64,000 bases of DNA from Tubiluchus corallicola. Taxonomy: Eukaryota; Animalia; Priapulida. The stretch covers positions 320,553 to 384,552 of the forward strand of contig JAQGDQ010000210.1 in NCBI GenBank assembly GCA_030141605.1, written 5' to 3'. Shown piece by piece: positions 53,891 through 64,000 of the stretch (the stretch's first letter is position 1; each line of letters starts with the position of its first letter). A program made the position numbers and the translations under genes. A model generated the notes under the pieces. That model was not told the DNA's origin, made no database searches, and saw only the letters and a list, made by a program, of their open reading frames with translations.

Positions 53891-56800
53891 AATAAATTTT
53901 CCGTGAGCGGACTGTGAATACCGCTCAAACATACAACTGTTGATCAGTGAGAAATTTAAAAAGCAGAATTTTTTAATTTTTATAGTTAATTTTGAAATTT
54001 TTCCGGTGTACATGGTAAACTTCATAAATTTTCAGTAATCCTTGTTTATACAGGTAGCAAATGATATATAAACAAAAGGTAAAAATCAAGTTTTATATAA
54101 TCAAAATGCAATGAAATTTTTAAACAATAAACCTTTTGCTGAACTTTCAAGTATATTTACTTGAACAATTATTTCTCAAAGTGCTGATATGAAAACGATA
54201 AAATCAATGCAGCTGCAAGAACAACATCCGGGTATTTAAGCTAATTAAACGGACTTTCGTCCTTCAAACATAGAAAAGATCATTGTAACATAATCAATGA
54301 AAAATTTTGATTTTGTTTATTAACTGTGACCGTGCGTGCACCCCCGTGCGCGCCATTCAAGTATGCAAGTTTTGTTAAGCTTGCATTTTAATCTCGAGAT
54401 AAACCCGAAACTTGCCTGACAGACGCATGAGCTTATTATCTCAGCTTGGATACTAGCCTCTTGTGTTGTGCCCCAGCGTTAATAACAACTAAATAAATTT
54501 GGGCCAAGGTAGACTTGATCTGACTGCGGATAAAGGGACTGATGATGGCGGTGCTTTTTATAGAGATTATAAGGCAGCAAAGAAGTATAAGGCCTAAAAC
54601 TGGAAAATTGGAGCGATAGCTACGCTAAAGCTCCCTAGGTGTATGTTACAAAAATACGCATGGAAATATACTAAGCTGACATATACAATGCAATGAAATA
54701 TACTAAGCTGACATATACAATGCATACAGTTATCGTATTATAAAGTTGATATGCTTTCTTGCAGTCGTTTAGCTCCACAAAGAACATTCTCAATGTAAAT
54801 GAGAATTAGTGTCCTAAAAATAAGCGTAATATTGTTACAAAATTTCAAAATGAATTGGCCGCTGAAAATAACATAGTGTAATGTGTAATGTAGTACTCGT
54901 CCAACCACTGTAGCGAAATTAACGTTAAACTTTTAATTAACAGTAATACTGTCTATTATTCATTTATTTATTTATTAAGAACATTTAAAAATATACGATA
55001 TTTTATAAAAGATGAGACTGGCAGGCTACACGTCAGCCTATAAGATTTACTAATCTTGATAATTAATGTTATTTTGCTTATTGATCTGTTTGGGTATTTG
55101 ATGTGATTGTACCACGAGTTCGAATAAATGATATATATATATATATTGAAGCGTCAAACACGATTAACAATAGTCCTGGATAAATCCTAACATTAATGCA
55201 TAATTAGTTAAATTTATAGGAGTGGCTAGACTAGAAAACCGTGTGATTTGTTCGCTACCCCGTCCCTATAACCCTTTATTGAACCATACTGTATTGTGTT
55301 AATGTATTACTAACGCATAAGAGACTAAATGGAAATTTAATTGAATTGAATTGAAAAATTGGATACAGAAGTTTACACTGAATAAGATTCCCTATTGCTT
55401 ACATTAAAAACGCGGCAATATAAAGAATCAATAAAATATACACATGCAAGGTCTAAATTTATCAAAATTGGAAGATATCATTGAACCAGGTTAAAAGTGT
55501 TTTATAAAAATGTAAATTTACAATATTTTAACAAACAAGTTTCGACTATAGCATCATACTAACAACTGATAGACTAGATGAATTGACAATATTATTACTG
55601 AAGTCATTCCAGACACTACAAATTTTGTTTGAAAAAGTATATTTATTCAAGCTTAATCAAGAAGAGCTGATTAACCGTTCATAATTATTATGTCATCGCA
55701 AATGTGTGATGGGAGCAAAAGTGAAGAAATTTTCAAAATTTAAATCTAGCAGTTTATGCGCGATGTTATACACATTATTATACACTAAGTACATATTTCA
55801 CAAATTCATGATACTCGTAAAATGGTACTCGTACTCGTGTTCAGGTAAAGAAAATTTCTTTGATGTCATGCCAGCTTGTATTAGAACTGATTCACAAAGT
55901 GTAATCTTCGGTTTTAATGTTTTACAAGCCTATTCTTGCGTAACTTCAGAACTTTGGGTTTTAACCTTTGCTAAAAATGATAAATTCGATAAACTCGATA
56001 AAAGACATACAAAAAATTCAAACCTAAATTACACATGTTGTTGAAAACAGTTTGTACAAAAAATCAGAGCTTGCACCTGAGGATAAATGACCATTTCCCA
56101 CAGAGTATGATGAGAAACGCATACTTCAAAACATAACTTATACAAAATCGATATCTTTTGAATTTAATACTTAAACTAAGTAATATCAAAAGGAGAAATG
56201 CTGATGCTGTGTTTTCTATCATTACTGGGCGTATATTAAGCTACACTGAAATAGCATCCTACATCTCTTAAGCATCATTCTGAAATACTTATATCATATC
56301 AATTAAGCATGTTGAACTCAAAAGTGATTCGTCTGTATCAGACTCATCTGAGATGCCTAATTTATATCATTCTCAAAATGTACGTGGTCATACAATGGTC
56401 ATAGTTTATATAACGTAGAAAGTTTATTGAGTAATACAAAACTCAAATTGAGTAGTCAATTTTCAGACATATATTGAGCAGTACGTATAATATTTAAGTT
56501 TAGCAGTTTAATATCACACTTAATTCGTCAAAATTACGTTCCTATTCAAATTAATTAATGTCACACATTAACGGGCACATGAAAATCGAAAGCAAAATGT
56601 CCAGTTAACGAATTGAATTGCCCAAAACACCCTGACTTATATTGACTTAAATATATGTGACTATATCAGTCTTAAACTGAGTAGTTTTCATACTCAGTTT
56701 ATATCTTACAAAGTAAATTTATGTACAAGTATCAGCGACGAACTGGTTGTGAGTAAATTTGCTAGACAGCAAAACTTTCCCAAGCTGAAATTCGAAGATC

Positions 56801-57774
56801 TACCCGTTTAGAAGTGTGTTTTACAACAAAATAGTATACGGCGCTCTTAAGATAAAGAATATATATATACAAATATATATACATATATCATATACAAATT
56901 GGGCTATTTTAAATTCATCAAATACCAATTAACAACCTACAGTTAAATGGAAGTTATTGAATAATAAAAAAAGCATTTATACAAAGCAAAATTAGTCGCA
57001 CAAAATTACCTTATCCTCGTGCAAGTGTATTAACGATGCTACGTCTGTTTTTTTAATTGCTGCGTATTATGCTATAATTTGTTGTAACTCATTTTGATAC
57101 ATCAGGTAAAATGGGGATAATGTCGGGACAAAAGTGACTTTTTTTAGGTTTTTATCTACATTTTTACAATTTTCTTTGAATAATGCCTGATAAACTAAAG
57201 CAATGCTGTTAAGGTTTCAGGAAGTACAGAAAAGGGGGTGGCTGCATAAAATGAAAAATGCTGTAATAATTAAATGCTTTACTACGTCATTCCAAAAAAT
57301 GGGGTAATGCCGAACACTTGCAAGTAATGTCGGATGTAATTAACAACATTGTGGTTACGGCATTTGAATTCTTTGAAATGGTTTTTAACATCGGGATTGA
57401 TCAGTGACGACATGAAAGAAATGTTATAGAATAGAATAGGCAAGAGCCAATTCCCTCGTAGACATTTTCTCCTGTGAACGTGTTCCTTGTTCATTTGTGA
57501 TGGCTGAGGCATCACTGCTGAGGTTTTCCTCTCTTATTTTATTTGTTTTTTTATATTTGCAATATTTTTGACGGCCGTTTCGATAACGATTTTCTCTCCA
57601 TGTTTCTAAAACGATTAAAATCATATTATTTTTTTTAATGATTTTTATTATTTTTTGCTCAAATGTCTAAAAAAATCAACTTTATTTACTTTCATAAACA
57701 ATTAATTCCGGCGAAAAGTCGTGCATAAAAATGCAATTGTCCAACATTAATCTAGGCTTTCGTGTAAAGTCGGA

Positions 57775-57834
57775 CTGTACTGTACATTTGACTGTACTGT
57801 ACTGTACTGTACTGTACTGTACTGTACTGTACTG
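57775..57834. repeat. (CTGTA)n pentanucleotide repeat
   Basis: Directly visible. Confidence 0.93.
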
Positions 57835-59256
57835 CAAGTGAATTATACAATAAACAAACAAATACGGTGTTTTATAGAGTGTTACATGAAAGTATTAGAG
57901 AAGAAGTAACTTACAAAATAAACCGTTTCTGAAGAGAATGCTGTAAATAATTTTATATATAATTAATGTGTTAGGTCTGTTTATCGGAAAATAAAAAATA
58001 GTTAGTACAATTATGGATAAACGTACTCACTGCTAGAAGGCGAACAGCTAAACAATGGTGAACATGCCAGTCTAAACATGAGATGTTGTAGTATTAACAA
58101 TGAAAGGAAAAAACAACTGGTAATTAAGTGGGTTTTAGGAAAACGTAAAACTCATTGCCTGATCATTAACCAATGCCCGGCTAATCACTTTACCCTATAC
58201 GTACGTTAAAATATATACTCGCAAAATGCCTTAGTCAATTTTTGCTCGTTCATACTACTTCTTCAGTTCGTTGTTTTCATCCATTCTTTTACTAGTTTGC
58301 TCATCCAACGCCTGTATTTTCATTACATTCTCATGCAAGCACTCGAAATGGAAAAAACTATACCGACCACTTTCAAAAAATGAGACTAACAGGGCCAATA
58401 AGCACAAGAGCATTACAGCATCCGTAGCAGCCTCGTTGAGTTCTTTGCTGCTGAGCAAACTTAGCAGCAGTCATCTTGTATTTGTTTAGAAAATGTGGAA
58501 AAGTAAATGCAATTATGAATAAATTACACGCAGCAATGGAGATAACCTTATTGTTAACTAGCTGTCAGACAATGTTTACTGAAAACTTGCATTTCCAATT
58601 AAATTCACACATTTCCTGATGGTTGTCATACATGTGCCAGAACAATTAATAAGAGTAACACAGTCATTTTGCAAATTTCTGCTAATTGATTAAATTGTAT
58701 AATTATTTTTGAGGCTCGTTTGAACCGTTTAAATAACAGAATGTTAATTATCCTTTAATAAATAGACAAATTGGTTTAGATTGACATGTTTTCAAGAGCT
58801 ACACTGACGCGCAGTGTCAATGTCATTTAAAGGAAAACTCAGTTACATGAAAATTCTTTGCATTTTCGACCCTAAAAGGTTTACATTTTAGACTCACTTG
58901 ATGGATTTTCTGCGAAAGTAACTTATGGTAATTATTTTTTACAATATAAAATTTCTTGAGTTTAATTAGTATTAAACTGTTTAACCTGTTCAAACAATTA
59001 ACTTCGAAATCAATTCGAAAAATCAATGAAACGGAAATTTTTTATGTAACTATCAGTGAATCTTCCAGACTTTGCTAAAAACTTTCGTCCAAGTGTGAGT
59101 TGACCATATGTCAGTGTTTGAATCAAATCGAAAGTTTCAGTGAAAAAGGAAACATGTTCTTTTTTAATCAAATATATTTTGCGTACGGACGTAGTTTATA
59201 GCTGCAGTAGTGGGTGGTAGACAAAAACAGTGCAAAAAAGCAAAAAGCTAATTAAT

Positions 59257-59354
59257 CTCTCTCGCGCTCTCTCTTTTACTCTCTTTCTCTCTTTCTGTCT
59301 TTCTCTCTTTCCTCTTTTCCCTTCCTCCCTCTCTCTCTCTCCCTCTCTCCCACT

Positions 59355-59393
<39 letters not shown>

Positions 59394-59545
59394 TCCCTCT
59401 CTCCCACTCTCTCCCCCTCTCCCCCCTCTCTCTCTCTCTCTCTTTCTCTCTTACTCTCTTTCTCTCTTTCTGTCTCTCTTTCTCCCTCTCCCCCTCTCTC
59501 TTCCCCTCTGTCTCTCCCTCTGTATCTCTCTCTCTCTCTTTCTCT
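59257..59545. repeat. Degenerate (CT)n polypyrimidine tract
   Basis: Directly visible. Confidence 0.93.
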
Positions 59546-61111
59546 AACTTTCTGCAATATTGCTACGTTTTCAAAGGTCACGATAACAACTTAACAAAAT
59601 TAACAAACATTTCAATTTCATCTAATTATTATTGGTTAACTGATCTTCAAGTTCATTCTGTAAACAATTATTAAAATATCATCCACTGAATGCCCTTATT
59701 CAGCTGATGCTAGCCAGACACGCCAGTAAGTTGAGACTTCAGTTTGTCAGCTTCTGTTCATCTTGTTATCAACTCATTAAGACAGCTTGGTCAAATTGGT
59801 CTCTTCCAATTTCAAGGTTGGACATTGTTTAGGGAAAGTAATGATAATTAATAAGACCCTGCGCGGGTAGTAAACAGTTGCCACAAACAATGAGGCCTCT
59901 ATTAACCAAAATTTAGCGCATGAAAGTTGTTTGTGAAGAAACACTGACTTCGTAAAACCGATGTTATCGTCTGACATTGGCAGTGAAAAGTAAAAGCTGG
60001 GTCAGTAGAGCATTTTCGCTACGATAAATATGTAACTGAAAAGGAAGGGAGACAGTCGTTCCTGCAGCGGCGTACTCACACACTTGTGCATTTTTGGATT
60101 CAAGTAGGCGAAACAAACAGGTACGTTTCTTTTAAGAACAAGTTGCTGCTTAGCCTAATAGTTCCATATACATGCTTTATACGGTCACACTAAAAACGTT
60201 CCGTATACACATTCAGTTATTAAAGGTTGAGAAGAAAATATTTTAACACTTTTGCAAAAACGTTTTGAAGAACCTTTGTAGAATGTAAAAAGTGGCATGT
60301 TGAATAATACGAATGTTGAAAAAAATTTAGATTAAAAAGTTGAAAATAGCATCTAGAATGATATTTCTTAATCTTTACTGCCGCAGAGAAAGATAAAAAG
60401 ACGACTTTTGTAGTGAAAGATGTAGTCCAAATAAGTACAGGCCTAGTTTTCCGAATTTTCTAAATTTTGTGATCAGCTGCAAAAAACGCAAAAATACATA
60501 ATTCATGCAAACTAAAAAAATTTCTATGGAAAACACAACTGGCTGTACAATTAATTTCATAAAAATGCATTATATAAACTAATTTAAACCTGTTGCAAAC
60601 TGAAATTTAGATTTTTAAAATCCCAATTCTTGTATAAACAATCGTAGGTACTACATGATTCTAATCAAGCTTCTTTTTTTCTGCCGCCAATCTTAAATTT
60701 TTAAAGTATAATAAAATGCTTATTTCACCTTTTAAGTGTCATATGTTACATGTGTTTCATAGCTGCACACAAAACTGCAATAAAGTCTCAGTTAAAAAGT
60801 TACAATCATCTCCAAACTCGAGACGTTTCGCTTGATTTCTTGGCATTTAAGTAAATGTTATTTTCCTTTAGGTTTCAAAATTTCTAAAATACACGGGTTA
60901 CGCTTAATATTACTAATAGTTTAAGAAAGTTCTACTTTAAGAGAGTTTTGTAGTACGCATTTTTGTTATCCTATTATGGATTTGTTGTCCATTCTGATCC
61001 TAGTTTTAAAGTTCATATAATCAAAAATCAATACAATAGTCCTAGTAGTCCTACGCAGTGTTCTGGCGGAGCGTTCATCATGCCTATAACTTATCCCCCA
61101 CAGAAGTTTAA

Positions 61112-61297
61112 TGCGGCGTTTACCGGACATCCGGAATGCGATATTGCGTAAAAATACTTTATATTGTTTTCAATGAGCGGTTTATCAGATCTGTGTTGTT
61201 GCGTTATTTTTTCTGTAGCTATTTCCTAATGATTTGTTATACGCAGCTGCGTACGCAGTAACGAATAACGCATTCCGGATGTCAGGTACACGCCGCT
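61112..61297. mobile_element. Harbinger-like MITE
   Basis: 28-bp TIR GCGGCGTTTACCGGACATCCGGAATGCG (2 mismatches) with 3-bp TAA TSD. Confidence 0.82.
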
Positions 61298-61416
61298 TAA
61301 TTGTTTTCTTTAATTCTCGTTTCAGTGCTTCTCGTTAGTCTTAGTTATTATAATTAGCGCATGCGCTACAGACAGGACTATTTTTTAAAGATATAACATG
61401 CTTCTTGATCAATTTA

Positions 61417-61732
61417 GAGGGAGACAGGATGATTTTTCATATACTATTTCATTTTCAAGTACGATAAAAAGCATACATTTAACATCAATGATACTGCAAA
61501 AGCGCTTCTGATAATTAAATAATAGATTAAAATCTTAATTAATATACTTGTGCTGTTGAAAATTATGTTTAGTTGTGACGTCATCAATAACTAAGTTCGC
61601 GCCGTTAATTAAGTTTTTAACCTCTTATTTAATTACAAGATTCACTTTTGCAGTTATCAGAGATGTTAAAATGTATACTTTTTGTCATACTTCAAAATGG
61701 GGTATGAAATAGAAAAATTATCCTGTTTTCCT
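61417..61732. mobile_element. Palindromic Kolobok-like family A derivative
   Basis: Two ~125-bp family A left ends in inverted orientation, ending CCTGTTTTCCT|TTAA. Confidence 0.78.
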
Positions 61733-62306
61733 TTAATGTGAGTCGTTGTCCGGTCCGAAACTTAGTTCATTGTCCAGGAAGCTTTTATAAAATGAGACAC
61801 TAAAGACTGAACTGATAGAGATATATGATGGGTATGCTCCTGTTTGTGTCACAAAATTAATCAGGGTCCCGGATGTGTACCTCTTCTGTAACCATATGAA
61901 GGGGGTAGTCAAGGAAAACTCACTTCCCGTAGTGATGTTTATACCTGTGTGACGGTTTACATTGCTAAAAAGTGGTAGAGTATTCCCCGCATAGTACGGA
62001 CGGGGTTTTAGTCGCATTTGGAAATGGCAGATAAACCGTCTAGAAACAGTGTTCTTAGCTGTCACCCAATCACTTACTGACCGTGTTCGCTATTGCTTAA
62101 ATCCGACCGCTGACATACGCATTCAGCTTAATTGCTCGAACATATTTTCTAAAGAACACGTGAAATGATTAAACAATTATACGTGAAAAATATAAAGTGT
62201 GTTTTTCTTCAATGTATATAATAGACAACATATCTTACTACAATTTATTTATCTAGTTAAAAAGTTTTTGCATAAATGTAATTTATATGATTTGTTTTTC
62301 AGCAAC

Positions 62307-62345
62307 ATGAAGCATTTAGCCGTTCTTCTGTTAATATGCATCGCA
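62307..62345 (+). CDS. Signal-peptide exon (MKHLAVLLLICIA) of a fourth secreted-protein gene, partial
   Basis: Acceptor ttgtttttcag| 4 nt before caacATG, 13 codons, phase-0 donor GCA|gtaagt. Candidate upstream non-coding exon donor CAG|gtacgt at 60120/60121. No downstream exon found in the window. Confidence 0.65.
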
Positions 62346-62416
62346 GTAAGTATTAATTCCTCTTTGTTATCGAAATGGTTTAAACGGCAGTTAATAAAAA
62401 ACAGTGGTTCTTGCAT

Positions 62417-62797
62417 CTTCTTCTTCCCAGCTTTTCCCTATTCGGGGTCGCCGCTGTGAATGAGTCTTCTCCACGCATTCCTGTTGTTGACCATCTCTTC
62501 ATTTATGTCTGCCCTTCCCACAAGATCTTCACCGACTCTTCCTTTCAGGTGTCCATATCATCGCAATCTTGCGAGGCTTCCACTACTTTCACTGTTCCTC
62601 TGATATTATTTTTTCTAATTTTATCTCATCTTGTTATTCCCACCATTCATCTCAACATCGTCATCTCCACCACACCCATTTTCTTCTCTTTGGTCTTCTT
62701 TAGAGAAGCTGCTTCCAGCCCATAGATTAGAGCGGGTCTGACCACTTCTTTGTGGACTTTCCCTTTAAGTCTCACCGACTCATTCCCGCACAGACTC
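62417..62797 (-). mobile_element. 5'-truncated RTE-clade LINE with 18-bp TSD
   Basis: VVRPALIYGLE…EMTMLRWMVGITR and WRRLIHSGDP motifs, (GAA)n tail, TSD aaacagtgg(t/g)tcttgcat at 62399-62416 and 62798-62815. Confidence 0.88.
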
Positions 62798-62815
62798 AAA
62801 CAGTGGGTCTTGCAT

Positions 62816-63310
62816 AAAAGGGAAGAAAAGAAAATTCTAAAGTATATCCGAAAGAACTTTCAAAGTTATATTACTTAGCATTTATCTTGCCTGTTTTGAA
62901 AGACTTGCGTAATTGAAATTTTTTTTTAACAATTTAAAATGTTCGCGCCATCAGGTAAAACGCCACTGCATCGCCATCCCAGTGTGCACCACTGGTTCAC
63001 CAAAAAACTCACTATTGATCTTATTTCAATATAAAGTAATTTAATAAACTTGATTAATTAAATCTTACACTTTTACTCAGTTAGTGAAGAGTGTGCTACG
63101 AATGCTTTGATTATTTTTTCAAACTTCCTTCAAACGACTTACCGTTAAAATGGCTGCACCTAACGGTCATTGCGGGAGTTTAAATTTACAAGTTCTATGC
63201 AGCAACACTTTTAACACAAGCTCTATATGCAATAAGACAGCGTGTAAGTAATATAAAATTTCAAGACTAACTTTTTAAGCTTCGTTTAGAAAGAGTGTTT
63301 TCTTGTGCTT
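62816..63310. mobile_element. Kolobok-like family B, inverted partial copy
   Basis: Reverse complement of roughly 29389-29890, ending ttttcttgtgct. Confidence 0.75.
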
Positions 63311-63796
63311 CAGATTTAGCTTTTAGGATAATACATAACCTTTTTACTGGGGTTTGGTAGTATTAAAATAATCAGTAATGGTAACGGTTTATTACATCAA
63401 AGTATAGCCGAAACAATGAAGAATCTTTCTGAATTTATTGTTAAAGTCTTACCCTTCTCACACAACCCGCAATCTTGGGGGATAGACAGCGGCTCAAAAA
63501 GTCTGAGATTACTTAATTAAAGTGAATTGATAAAAAAAGAATAGCTCGGAAATTCACCAGACCACAGCCCACATTAGATGTTTTGAAAGAACGTAAGATG
63601 ATCCGCGGAAATGTCGTTGATCAGTATTCGATGAAAACAAGCTTATGAGATACCTGCAAGCTAGCTGTGTCGTGGGATCTTGAGTTCAATCCTGATTTCT
63701 TCGAGTCGATGCTCCGATCACACTCTTCAAGATTGCAGGTTATGCAACTGTTACACTCGCGAAATTTCTGTACTAAATATTGAGGACATGATAGCT

Positions 63797-63850
63797 TCTC
63801 TCTCTCATTCTCTCTCTCTCTCTCTCTCTCCCTCTCTCTCTCTCTCTCAT

Positions 63851-63909
<59 letters not shown>

Positions 63910-64000
63910 CATTCTCTCGCTCATTCTCTCGCTCATTCTCTCTCTCTCTTTCTCTCTCTCTCTCCTCTCCTCTCTCTCCCTCTCTCTCTCGCTCATTCTC
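63797..64000. repeat. (CT)n microsatellite with ctcgctcattct sub-repeats
   Basis: Directly visible. Confidence 0.95.

Noticed and set aside
57099-57766. Possible pogo-like MITE with degenerate inverted ends
   Set aside because: TIR match is poor and there is no second copy in the window.
58031-58475. Possible minus-strand exons (MLLCLLALLVSFF; ALDEQTSKRMDENNELKK; donor near 58030)
   Set aside because: Weak acceptors and no consistent frame across the pieces.

Overview
AT-rich, repeat-dense animal genomic DNA, probably from a marine invertebrate (inference). The long ORFs in the track are mostly micro/minisatellite artefacts; the real genes are spliced and had to be assembled by eye. I find a cluster of genes for small secreted products. 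(1) A 334-aa prepropeptide on +, join(894..977,4655..5575): signal peptide, two tandem 66-aa modules each releasing a Cys-x8-Cys peptide NCIASDGDPSCA(N/S) between furin-type polybasic sites, then an 11-residue-periodic helical tail. (2) A convergent 147-aa insulin/IGF-like peptide on -, coding exons 16777-16582, 13522-13379 and 12070-11967, whose C-peptide sits on its own symmetric exon. (3) An 83-aa secreted Tyr/Gly/Arg peptide on -, exons 41773-41726 and 38888-38685, with a TATA box and probable non-coding exon near 44.9 kb. (4) A signal-peptide exon of a fourth, divergent gene at 62307-62345 (+) whose remainder I cannot find in the window. The rest is non-autonomous DNA transposons (hAT, Tc2-like, two Kolobok-like families, Harbinger MITEs), a 5S-derived SINE, LINE fragments and many tandem repeats. 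No database searches were run; family names rest on motif recognition.
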